Source: a bacterium (GTDB lineage: Bacteria > Electryoneota > Electryoneia > Electryoneales > Electryoneaceae). From it: a stretch of DNA of 64,000 nt. A program made the translations under genes and the position numbers. The stretch lies in contig JAZDLX010000007.1 in assembly GCA_043801585.1 (NCBI GenBank), positions 96,108 through 160,107 on the forward strand, given 5' to 3'. Below, piece by piece: positions 50,161-59,298 of this stretch. A model generated the notes under the pieces. The model had not been told where the DNA came from. It ran no database searches and saw only the letters and a list, made by a program, of their open reading frames with translations. Position 1 is the stretch's first letter; each line of letters begins with the position of its first letter.

Positions 50161-50246
50161 ACCGCCCTTCCTTCGCCGGCATTACCCGGATCAGGTTCAC
50201 GGGTGTGTTCTCAGGCCCGCTTTTTCGCGGACCACCCCGGAACGGT
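50161..50246 (-). ncRNA. TPP riboswitch (THI element)
   Basis: Minus strand: GGGGTG..CTGAGA..ACCCGTGAACCTGATCCGGGTAATGCCGGCGAAGGAA, ~105 nt upstream of the receptor ATG. Confidence 0.95.
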
Positions 50247-50354
50247 ACTGAATTACTTTACGCGTTTTCCTGCTGGTTGTCAATGGTTGTTGGGAATCGA
50301 ACCGTCTCTCATTTCCTGGTGCCGTTTCAGATTCGGTTTTAGTGCGTAGCAGAG

Positions 50355-50380
50355 GTAGGGCGGCCGTCCCTGGCCTCCAC
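50355..50380. repeat. GTAG-type REP-like palindrome
   Basis: GTAGGGCGGCCGTCCCTGGCCTCC: GTAG followed by an imperfect GC hairpin. Confidence 0.4.
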
Positions 50381-50552
50381 ACGGGGACGGATTACGCCAA
50401 AGGGGAGATTCTGGATGGGGAATTCAGAGTTCGGGGAGATTTCGAGGAAACTGCGCATTTCATGGATTTTTTACTTCCGGCGTCATGACCTCTCCGCTTA
50501 CTCCAGCTTGCAGTGATTGATGAATGCAACGGCCCTATCTCTCGGACCCGTC

Positions 50553-51554
50553 TCACATTTTGCCCGGCAGTATTCCCATCGATTGAAGATTGCTCCGTGG
50601 TTCATCGAAGCTGCAGCTCCCATATCCGATTACGAATTCCGATCGGGCTTTGCGGAAATCGGCGATGGAAATCCGGAGTTCTCTCCAACCAACTTCCGTT
50701 TCATCAAGATGGAACGCATCGAGATCCCGTTCATCGATAATGTCACGGATTTGGAATTCGTCGAGTTTCAGAGTATGAACCAGTGCTCCCGCGACGAACA
50801 CGTTGATGAAGCCGTGCATGTCAATGCCGAAGTTATCCCGATACTGGCGCAGAGGATGGTGCAGTCCTGCGGTAAACTTCATTGGAAGATGCGACCGAGC
50901 GGCGGAGTATATCGCACCGGCTACGAAATCGGATGGGGGAACATCACCCGCGGTAGTTCCTCCGCACCGGAGTTTGAATCCAAGCGCATTGTCCAGATCT
51001 CGATCCCGGTTCAGGCGTGACAGTTCCGAAATCAACGCGTTGAACCGCTGACGCCAGTTCTTCCGCCAGGAGGCTTCGATGAAGATCCGTGGCTGCGCTT
51101 GCAGAGAGCTTTCAAGACGATCGACGACTCCCGCGAGAATGTCTCCCATGCGCCGGGAAGACACTCCCTCGAGCACATCCTCGGGAAGACGGACCTCGTA
51201 CCTCTCGATGCGAACGTAATCGCCGTGAATCTCGAGAAACCGCCGGGCATCCATCAGATCCTTGTCAGATCCGGAAAGGAAATCGCCCATGGCGGTCCCA
51301 CCGCGGCCGGTGATGGTGAATCGGTAGGGAGGATTGGTATAAAAATGGCCGGAATGGTCCGCAAGTTCCGATAGGCGATTGGCCGGGACAACAAACGTAT
51401 TGATCATCCACGCGTCGGGAGAGAGGCGGTAGGTGGCGTACGTCTGGATAGCCTGTTCCATGGACAATTCGGCTGGCGGGAAAAGACCCGCATAGTCGAT
51501 CAACCCATCCATCAACGCTCGAATCGAAGCGACTGGTTGCTCCGTCTGCAGCAT
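50553..51554 (-). CDS. Conserved hypothetical protein (DYAGLFPP family)
   Basis: Enzyme-like motifs LIDYAGLFPPA, GFKLRCGG, KFTAGLHHP, MHGFINV, GSCSFDEP; GGAGG RBS. Confidence 0.75.
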   Translation of the reverse strand: MLQTEQPVASIRALMDGLIDYAGLFPPAELSMEQAIQTYATYRLSPDAWMINTFVVPANRLSELADHSGHFYTNPPYRFTITGRGGTAMGDFLSGSDKDLMDARRFLEIHGDYVRIERYEVRLPEDVLEGVSSRRMGDILAGVVDRLESSLQAQPRIFIEASWRKNWRQRFNALISELSRLNRDRDLDNALGFKLRCGGTTAGDVPPSDFVAGAIYSAARSHLPMKFTAGLHHPLRQYRDNFGIDMHGFINVFVAGALVHTLKLDEFQIRDIIDERDLDAFHLDETEVGWRELRISIADFRKARSEFVIGYGSCSFDEPRSNLQSMGILPGKM

Positions 51555-51975
51555 GCCCTCCTCCACCATCTGTGTGTGGAAAGGTACCCGTACCAACTGT
51601 TCCGGGCAATTGAACTGTCTGAACGTCCCTCTTTCCGGGAGTTGCGTGACGAATGAAGTACAGGTGTCGCTCCCGTGTCACGGTGCGAACCCGATCCAAT
51701 CACCTTGTTCTCCATTGACCGGGTTTCGCGTGCCATGTGGGCTGCGCAATAAGAAAGAGTAAAATCTGATGTTATTCTAATAATAACAGTAGTATATATT
51801 CACTAAATGCAATCCCTACAGGTGGAGACCGGGTGCAACAACTTTTAGAAATGACCGTCCTGTTTCTGGCAGGATTCTTGCAAATGGATTGCCAGAAGTG
51901 GTTTGCTGCCGTTTGGCTGGAGTCCCGGTAAATGCTACCTTGTCGCCAACGGCAGGCATGAATCAGGAGGAAGGT

Positions 51976-52800
51976 ATGTCGAGGGGACGTTGGCTGATTG
52001 GAACGTTGGCGGCAATGCTTTGTGCCGCACCTCTCTTGGCTCAATCGGTGTCGGAGTCGATGGACAACGCCGGCACGATTGATTGGAGCAGTCAATGGGT
52101 GCGTGCTCGCGGTATTGCAGTGCCGGGAGGCGTCGGGGGGCGTGCGGGGCAGATTCGTGCCGCTGAGCTGGATGCTCTGCGCCAGATCCTCGAGACAGTG
52201 AAGGGGATGCGGCTCTCGAGCACGACGCTGGTAGAGAATTACATGCTCTCGTCCGATGTCATCCGTACGCGGGTCGAGGGCGTGGCGCGAAATTTCCGGC
52301 GGGTGGGTGATCCCGTTTACATGGATGACGGGAGCATTGAAGTAACGGTTGAAATGGCGTTGACCGGGCCGGGAAAACTGTATGATGCGGTGCTTCCGCA
52401 GCAGATGGGCGGCGCACAGCCGGTCTTTTCAAGTCCTCCGAGCAACGTGGGGAATGGGAGCGCGTTCAGCGGTTTGATTATCGACGCACGCGATTTGGGT
52501 GTGCGTCCGGCAATCTCTCCCCAGATCCTGGATGAGCATGGCGATGTCATCTATGGTAGCCGTGTTGTCGACAGGCAGTGGGCCATTCAGTACGGTCTGA
52601 TGGGGTATGCGAAGGAACTCGAATCCGCCCGTCAGGACGACAGGGTGAGTCCAAATCCACTCGTCGTCAAGGCGATTCGCGCTACTGGGGCGAACCGGAC
52701 GGATGTGGTGATCGACGACATGGAAGCACGCATTCTGCACGGGATTGCAAAAAACTACAATTTCCTTCGCCAGGGCCGAGTCATCATCCTGGTGGATTGA
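51976..52800 (+). CDS. Exported protein, LPP20/FMN-binding-like hypothetical
   Basis: AGGAGG RBS, signal peptide; IDWS..VRARG, RAAELDA.RQ.LE.VKG, SGLIIDAR, P.I.DE.G..IYG, NPLVVKA. Confidence 0.65.
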   Translation: MSRGRWLIGTLAAMLCAAPLLAQSVSESMDNAGTIDWSSQWVRARGIAVPGGVGGRAGQIRAAELDALRQILETVKGMRLSSTTLVENYMLSSDVIRTRVEGVARNFRRVGDPVYMDDGSIEVTVEMALTGPGKLYDAVLPQQMGGAQPVFSSPPSNVGNGSAFSGLIIDARDLGVRPAISPQILDEHGDVIYGSRVVDRQWAIQYGLMGYAKELESARQDDRVSPNPLVVKAIRATGANRTDVVIDDMEARILHGIAKNYNFLRQGRVIILVD

Positions 52801-52809
52801 GAGGCCATT

Positions 52810-53955
52810 ATGCAGGCGACCAAGAAAACGATTTTCACACTGACCTTCATCTTTCTGGTTGCAGGGTGCGGTCCGAAACCACGCACCAGCGAATCGGTGT
52901 TGGACAATCCTGAATTTCATGTCAGCCAGGGGATGAAACTGCTCCAACGTGGCGATTTGAACGACGCCGAATTGTCCTTCCAGAAGGCTCTTGAATTGGA
53001 CAATCGATATACTCCCGCGATCAGCGGTCTCGCCCTGGTGAAAGCGTCCCGGAAGGATTACAAAGGAGCTTTCAAGGAAGCGGACGACGCCGTCGAGTTG
53101 AACAAGGACTCCGCGTTTTCCTGGGCGGTTCGTGCGCGTGTGAAAAGTCTCTGGCGCAAGGACGATAACTGGGCCAATGACGCCAACGACGATTTCAAGA
53201 GAGCGTTGAAGCTCGATCCGGAGAATGAACAGTATCTGTTCTGGTACGGGCAGGCGAAAGAGTGGCAATATGATTTTGCCGGTGCGACAGAACAGTTTGG
53301 CAGGATCATTGAAAAGAAGGGTGAGTACACGGCGCGTGCCGACCAGGAACTGGCTCTTGTCCAGAAGATCCTTCGCGCTGCTCCCGGAAGCCGTCTTGGG
53401 ATGAAGATTGCCCTGCTGAGCGAGATCACACGGGCGGATCTGGCGGTCCTCTTTCTTGAGGAATTGAAGCTGCGCGAAGTGTTCGACAGGCTTGGCGAAA
53501 AGAAGTATGACACCAACTACAAACCGCCGACCGATCCGAACGAGTCCGGAGAATCGGAGAGTTTCGGTGTCGACGTTCCGACCGATGTTGTTGGCCATTG
53601 GGCACGCACCTGGATCATGCAGGTTATCGAGACGGGAGTGATGGAGCCTGATGCGGATGGGAAATTCTATCCGGACGAGAAAATTACCCGTGCGGAATAT
53701 GCGTTGTTGTTGCAGAACATCCTGATCACAGTCATGCACGATCCGGATCTGGCGACCAGGTACATCGGAGAGGAGTCGCGCTTCAAGGACATGCGCAGCG
53801 GCACGGCTACGTACAACGCCGCCGCCCTGGCGGTGGATCGCGGAGTGATGCAGGCGACGGTTGAGGGAACCTTCGATCCAATGAAAACGGTGAGCGGTGC
53901 CGACGCCTTGCTGATTATCCGCCAGTTCCAGAATCACCTGAGAATGACCTTCTGA
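52810..53955 (+). CDS. TPR and S-layer homology (SLH) domain lipoprotein
   Basis: Lipobox LVAGC; TPRs; SLH-like ITRAD, DVVGHWA...GKFYPDEKITRAE, FKD...GTFDP..TVS. Confidence 0.82.
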   Translation: MQATKKTIFTLTFIFLVAGCGPKPRTSESVLDNPEFHVSQGMKLLQRGDLNDAELSFQKALELDNRYTPAISGLALVKASRKDYKGAFKEADDAVELNKDSAFSWAVRARVKSLWRKDDNWANDANDDFKRALKLDPENEQYLFWYGQAKEWQYDFAGATEQFGRIIEKKGEYTARADQELALVQKILRAAPGSRLGMKIALLSEITRADLAVLFLEELKLREVFDRLGEKKYDTNYKPPTDPNESGESESFGVDVPTDVVGHWARTWIMQVIETGVMEPDADGKFYPDEKITRAEYALLLQNILITVMHDPDLATRYIGEESRFKDMRSGTATYNAAALAVDRGVMQATVEGTFDPMKTVSGADALLIIRQFQNHLRMTF

Positions 53956-53978
53956 GGGAGTCAGAAAAGAACATGAGC

Positions 53979-54008
53979 TTGACATGCCGGGGGGGGATGC
54001 CCTATCCT
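53979..54008 (+). promoter_or_regulatory. Sigma70-type promoter of tRNA-fMet
   Basis: TTGACA-N18-TATCCT ending 10 nt before the tRNA. Confidence 0.7.
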
Positions 54009-54018
54009 ATGTGCCGAT

Positions 54019-54092
<74 letters not shown>

Positions 54093-54099
54093 CAAAAGG

Positions 54100-54134
54100 A
54101 ACGTCCGGATGAGTCAATCCGGTCGTTTTTTTTT
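54100..54134 (+). terminator. Intrinsic terminator after tRNA-fMet
   Basis: AACGTCCGGAT-N6-ATCCGGTCGTT plus long T run. Confidence 0.8.
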
Positions 54135-54424
54135 GTTCATTTCTTCCGGAGTATCGTCCTGATCCTGAATTGTGGGTAGAGAATGATCCGTGTATTGCGT
54201 TCATCTATTGAAGTGGAAACGATTCAGGTTCCTTCGAACAGGACAACCCGATAACGTATCATTATTTCGTTTCGTGAATGAATCAGGGTGCTTTCCTGAC
54301 CCAATGCAGGTGTGAGAAGGAAATGCTCGAATTTAGAGCAACATCTTCCCTTGGGCGTTTGTTCTTCCGATCTTTCCCGCAAACCTTCACGTCTGAAAAG
54401 CAATTACCTGGAGGACGTTTCCCC

Positions 54425-56002
54425 ATGAAGGCACGCAGCACTGCGATTCTATTAGCCGTACTGATCTTTTCCATCTCAGCGCAGGCACAAAACCTGCTTG
54501 AACAACGGGCTGACACCCTCGCTGCAAAATTGGAAACCATCCGCTCGGCAAAACAGGAAGTCCTGGCTCCCTCACTGCTCGGTGATATCGAGAAAGCAAT
54601 TGATCGGGTTCGCAAGGATCTCGAGAAAGGGAAGAAGCCAGGGAAAATTGCCTCCTCGCTTGATGAGGTCGATCAGAGTATGCGCGAGGCAATTGGGATC
54701 ATCCGGAAAGGGCTGGAAATCTTTCAGCCGGTACTGGATGCCCGCGATGATGCCATCTATGCAAAAGCGGAAGAATTTGCAAAGGATGGATGGGAGCGCG
54801 CGGAAAAAGAGTTTGGTGGTGCTGTTTCCAATCTTGAGAAAGGCAAGGACGACAAAGCCAAGGAGCAGGTTGCACCGTTGACGAAGCTGTACAGGGATGC
54901 GGAATACAATGCCATCAGAAACCAGCTTGTCATTCCAACACTCCAGTCGCTCGAGGAAACAGAACGCTCCGATGTATCGAAGTACGCTCCGGAAACGTTG
55001 AAACGTGCGCGTGCCCATGTCGCGAAAGCTGAGATTATTCTGAGCCGAAACCGGTATGATGTGGAATCCGCACAGGATGAAATCAATCTGACAACCTACG
55101 AGATTCGTCATGCCAAATACCTGACGGAAATTGCGAGGCAGTTGGAAGGGAAAAAGGAAGGTGTGGAATCACTGATGCACCAGATTGAAAGCCATTTCGA
55201 TGCGGTAGCCAGTGCGATTGGCTACGAGGCGAAATACGACAACGGAATGGAGGCTCCAACAAGTGATGTTGCCAGCCAGCTGCGTGACGCCGTCACCGGT
55301 GCAGGTGCGGAAAACAAGAAACTCCGTGATCAGTTGAAACAACAGAAAACGTTTGCGGACAGCATTCGTGTCGTTCATCGAGCCCTGGTGGATTCCATGG
55401 AGACATTGAACGATCTGTATGAAATGCAGTTGCTGAAGAGCGAAGAGATGCGTGCAGAAAAAGCCAGACTCGAGCAGAAAGTGGCTTCCATTCTTAATCG
55501 CTTCACCACTAAGAATGCAAAAGCAATGGTTGAAGGGGATGACATTGTGTTCGAGCTGACCGGGTTGAAATTCGCACCAGGTGATGCCGCTCTTGCTCCC
55601 GGCGAGAATTCACTCCTTGTGCAAGTCGCCGATGCTGTGAGGCAATTTCCAATGCACCTTACTTTCCTCCGTGGGGCTCCCATTCCGGCCAATGCCTCTG
55701 CAGAAGCCGTAGAAAAAAGCCGAAAACAGGCCCATGCCGTGCTTGATTACCTGCACGCACAAAATGTGCTGGTTGTGAACGAGAGTGCTCTGACAATGGC
55801 GGAAGGGGGCAAGGCACCAGAGAATGTTCCTGCGGCGAAAGCCACGATGAGTGATTCAACAGGTGCGATGAAGACGGAAACCGCCGCTGGCGATTCGATG
55901 AGTTCTGAAGAAGCGAAAACGGATACCACTGCGGTATCTGCCGAGTCGAAGATGGTGGGACCGCTGCAGATCGTTATCACGAAGGCTTTGATCTTCGATT
56001 GA
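54425..56002 (+). CDS. Exported coiled-coil protein with degenerate C-terminal OmpA-like domain
   Basis: GGAGG RBS, signal peptide, helical repeats (KYAPETLKRA), IVFELTGLKFAPGDAAL...QVADAVRQFP...AHAVLDYL. Confidence 0.7.
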   Translation: MKARSTAILLAVLIFSISAQAQNLLEQRADTLAAKLETIRSAKQEVLAPSLLGDIEKAIDRVRKDLEKGKKPGKIASSLDEVDQSMREAIGIIRKGLEIFQPVLDARDDAIYAKAEEFAKDGWERAEKEFGGAVSNLEKGKDDKAKEQVAPLTKLYRDAEYNAIRNQLVIPTLQSLEETERSDVSKYAPETLKRARAHVAKAEIILSRNRYDVESAQDEINLTTYEIRHAKYLTEIARQLEGKKEGVESLMHQIESHFDAVASAIGYEAKYDNGMEAPTSDVASQLRDAVTGAGAENKKLRDQLKQQKTFADSIRVVHRALVDSMETLNDLYEMQLLKSEEMRAEKARLEQKVASILNRFTTKNAKAMVEGDDIVFELTGLKFAPGDAALAPGENSLLVQVADAVRQFPMHLTFLRGAPIPANASAEAVEKSRKQAHAVLDYLHAQNVLVVNESALTMAEGGKAPENVPAAKATMSDSTGAMKTETAAGDSMSSEEAKTDTTAVSAESKMVGPLQIVITKALIFD

Positions 56003-56020
56003 TCGTCCGGCATGAGAAAT

Positions 56021-56060
56021 AAAAAATCCCCGATCCTGAAAAGGATCGGGGATTTGTATT
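56021..56060. terminator. Bidirectional intrinsic terminator
   Basis: AAATCCCCGATCCT-GAAA-AGGATCGGGGATTT between convergent genes. Confidence 0.88.
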
Positions 56061-56070
56061 TGTGGCGATC

Positions 56071-59000
56071 TTAGCGATCGTTGGGATCCAGAGCTCTTTT
56101 CGGGAATGGCTTTATCTTCGGTTTCGGCACCTCATAATCCTTCAATTCCTGAAGGATCACTTCGATTCCTTTTTCGAGCTGGGGGTCATGTCCAGCGATC
56201 ACGTCCTTCGGGATCTGTTTCACCTCAATGTCCGGTGTGACGCCTTCGTTTTCGACGATCCACGTTCCTTCCGGGCTGAAAACGCCGAACGAGGCGATCG
56301 TAACAGTACCTCCATCCATCAAGTCGGGAGAATCTTCGTATCCCACAAGACCACCCCAGGTCCGCGTTCCGATCAACGGTCCGAACCCATGCCTGCGGAA
56401 AGCCATCGGCAACCAGTCACCGCCGCTGCCAGATTCCTCGTTGATCAGCATCACTTTCGGGCCGTAGATCGACGCACGAGGGGAAGCGTAATAGGTTTCG
56501 TTCCGTGTGATCCACCAGTTCAGCAGGGGACGGTTCATCATGTCGATCATGTAGTCCGCCGCCGAACCACCTCCGTTGAACCGCTCGTCGATCAACACCG
56601 CCTGCTTATCGAGTTGCGAATAGTAGTAACGGTTAAAGAATTCGTATCCGGCCTCGCCAGTGTCGGGCAGATAGACATAGGCAACCCGGCCGCCCGTGGC
56701 TTCATCCACCTTCCGCCGATTTGCCTCAACCCAGTCTCGCAGACGGAGGTTCCGTTCGGATTTTACAGGAACAACCACGACATCCCGCGAATCCTTCCCA
56801 TCGGGCCGCGAACCTACGGTAAGGGTCACCTGGTGCTGCGCTTCATCCTGGAAGAGAGAATAGATGTTCTTTGAACCGTCCAGCGGAGTACCGTTGACAG
56901 CCAGCAGATAGTCGCCGGCTTTGACATCGACGCCCGGTTCCGTCAGTGGGGCACGCATCTCCGGATTCCAGTTGAGTCCACTGAAAACTTTCTTGAACTG
57001 GTAATGCCCATTGACGATTTCGTAATCCGCACCGAGAAGTCCGACCGTGACACTGGGAATGGCGGGATCGTCACCTCCATAGACATAGACATGTCCAACG
57101 GTCAGCTCACCAATCATCTCGCCGATCAGGTAATTGAGATCGGAACGGTGGCCGATAAACTTTACGAACGGCTGGTATTTCCTGTACACAGCGGGCCAGT
57201 CCGCGCCGTGCATCCCGGGATCGTAAAAGAAATCGCGCTCGAGTCGCCAGGCTTCGTGGAACATCTGAGCCCATTCTTCGCGGGGATTCACATAGGCTTT
57301 CAGAGAGGAAAGGGATAGGGCGCCGTCGCCGATAGCGGGCGACCCGGATGCGTCGACGATCCCATAACCTCCCGAATAGGAGTAAAGGAGTTTTTTCCCG
57401 TCCGAGCTGACCTCGTACTCCTTGACTCCCGGGAGATAGGATGAGGATTCCCGTTTTCCGATGTCGAAACGCATCAGATCGGAGTTGTCTTCTGCATTGC
57501 GAGCAAGATAGAAGAGATATCCGTCCACGGCAGTTTGCAGGGAGACGAGATCGCCCTCGTCTATTGGCAATGCCAGAATACGCTGGTCGATCGTGTCGAA
57601 GTCAATGGTCGTGACGGGGGGTTCCTCATCCTTTTTCTCTTTTGGCTCATCCGGAGTTGTCTCCTCGTCGCTTTCCGGAGCGAATGGATTGGGTGTGTCC
57701 TTAGCCAATACCACCGCGTACAGGTTGCGGACTACCTGCTTGTTGTAGGAGGACATGTCCAGATCGCCGACGTTCAGGCCAAAATTGGTGCTGGCCGAAA
57801 AATAGAGATACTTCCCATCCCGGCTGAACACCGGTGAGACCGCATTACTGCGTCCATCGGTGATCTGGGTTGCCGTGCCCGATTTCGTGTCGAATACGAA
57901 GATCGCCCTGAAGTCATTGGGGAGTTGCTTGCTGTAGGTGACCCAACGGCTGTCCGGAGACCAGGTGGGGGTGAAATTGTTCGAGCTCTGGCCGTCACGG
58001 TCGATCAGCAACTTCTTCCCGGATTTAATGTCGATTTTAAACAGGCTGAGTCCGTTGTCACGGATCAGCATGCTCTTTCCATCCGGAGACCAGATCGGAT
58101 CGTAATAAAAGTCGGGATCCCCGAGCGGGATGATTCTCGGATCACCCTGTCCTTTCTGATCGGCAAGCACCAGTTGATACTCGCCACTCGCATCGGACAG
58201 ATAGGCGATGGTTTTACCGTCCGGTGACCACTTCGGATACCGCTCATAGGCGTCGCTGGAGTGTGTCAGGTTCCGGGCGTCACCTTTTTCGGCGGGAACC
58301 GTCCAGATATCGCCACGGGTGCTGAAAACAGCGCGCTGTCCGGTTGGAGAGATTTCAAACCGCTGAATGCTCTCGCTGACATCCTCGTAATGAGGCCGGG
58401 CAGACGGTATGTCCGGATTGACGGTGATCGGGAAGAGGGAGTTCTCACCCGAGTCGGGATTCAGCCGATGAATCTGTCCGGCCTGCTCGTAGACAAGCAT
58501 GCCGTCCCCGGATTCCAGGGTTTTCACATCGTAATTGTCGTGGAACGTGAGCTGACGGGTCTCTTTGGTGGTGGTGGCATACTCGAAGACATTCATTGTA
58601 CGATTTCGATCCGAAAGAAAATAGATTTTGTCGCCCATCCAGACCGGATAGGTGTCGTTCCAGATTGAGTCCTGAGGAATTTCTTCGATATTGTAACTCT
58701 TGAAATCAAACAGCCAGATGAATGTGTTGCGCCCACCGCGATACCGTTTCCACCAGTGAAAAGCATCCTTTGCAAAGGTGAAGGCGATCTTTTCGCCATT
58801 CGGGGAGTAGGAAGCCTGTTCCGCGCGTGGGAGGATCAATTGCTGTGGAAATCCTCCAGAAACGGGAACGGTGAACAGTTGATTGACTCGGCCATGAAAC
58901 GTGCTGCGAGTGGAACGAAATAGAACCGCGGCCCCATCTGGTGTCCAACCCCGAACAACATCGGATTCCGGGTGAAATGTCAATCTCGTAGGATCGCCGC

Positions 59001-59298
59001 CGCTTACTGAAACTATGTAAACGTCAGTATTTCCATCGTATTGACCGGTGAAAGCGATCCAGTGTCCATCCGGAGAGAAATAGGGGAGACTCTCTTCTCC
59101 GGGGTTCACCGTCAGACGCCGGGGATTGCTGCCATCACGGTCTGCCACCCAGAGATCGCCTGCGTAAACGAAAGCCACATTATCCATGGACAATGCTGGT
59201 TCCCGAAGCAGCAGGGTGGGTTCCGCCTGGACAACGGCTGCAAGTAGCAGGAATGTGGAGACGATCAGAATCACGAATACAAAAAAGCGCCTGTGCAT
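56071..59298 (-). CDS. Tricorn protease homolog (S41 peptidase with beta-propellers and PDZ)
   Basis: Signal peptide; WSPDG repeats, KRYRGG, FYDPGMHG.DW, IDERFNGGG, GSGGD catalytic Ser, RTWGGLVG, ENEGV.PDIEV, DPQLE. Confidence 0.95.
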   Translation of the reverse strand: MHRRFFVFVILIVSTFLLLAAVVQAEPTLLLREPALSMDNVAFVYAGDLWVADRDGSNPRRLTVNPGEESLPYFSPDGHWIAFTGQYDGNTDVYIVSVSGGDPTRLTFHPESDVVRGWTPDGAAVLFRSTRSTFHGRVNQLFTVPVSGGFPQQLILPRAEQASYSPNGEKIAFTFAKDAFHWWKRYRGGRNTFIWLFDFKSYNIEEIPQDSIWNDTYPVWMGDKIYFLSDRNRTMNVFEYATTTKETRQLTFHDNYDVKTLESGDGMLVYEQAGQIHRLNPDSGENSLFPITVNPDIPSARPHYEDVSESIQRFEISPTGQRAVFSTRGDIWTVPAEKGDARNLTHSSDAYERYPKWSPDGKTIAYLSDASGEYQLVLADQKGQGDPRIIPLGDPDFYYDPIWSPDGKSMLIRDNGLSLFKIDIKSGKKLLIDRDGQSSNNFTPTWSPDSRWVTYSKQLPNDFRAIFVFDTKSGTATQITDGRSNAVSPVFSRDGKYLYFSASTNFGLNVGDLDMSSYNKQVVRNLYAVVLAKDTPNPFAPESDEETTPDEPKEKKDEEPPVTTIDFDTIDQRILALPIDEGDLVSLQTAVDGYLFYLARNAEDNSDLMRFDIGKRESSSYLPGVKEYEVSSDGKKLLYSYSGGYGIVDASGSPAIGDGALSLSSLKAYVNPREEWAQMFHEAWRLERDFFYDPGMHGADWPAVYRKYQPFVKFIGHRSDLNYLIGEMIGELTVGHVYVYGGDDPAIPSVTVGLLGADYEIVNGHYQFKKVFSGLNWNPEMRAPLTEPGVDVKAGDYLLAVNGTPLDGSKNIYSLFQDEAQHQVTLTVGSRPDGKDSRDVVVVPVKSERNLRLRDWVEANRRKVDEATGGRVAYVYLPDTGEAGYEFFNRYYYSQLDKQAVLIDERFNGGGSAADYMIDMMNRPLLNWWITRNETYYASPRASIYGPKVMLINEESGSGGDWLPMAFRRHGFGPLIGTRTWGGLVGYEDSPDLMDGGTVTIASFGVFSPEGTWIVENEGVTPDIEVKQIPKDVIAGHDPQLEKGIEVILQELKDYEVPKPKIKPFPKRALDPNDR

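Noticed and set aside
51580..51720. Possible degenerate short repeats upstream of the hypothetical gene
   Set aside because: Similarity too weak to define a unit
52429..53985. 518-aa minus-strand ORF
   Set aside because: Antisense to the LPP20-like and SLH lipoprotein genes
54093..54424. Genomic island integrated at tRNA-fMet, or at tRNA-Asp (33074)
   Set aside because: No integrase and no duplicated tRNA 3' end seen in the window
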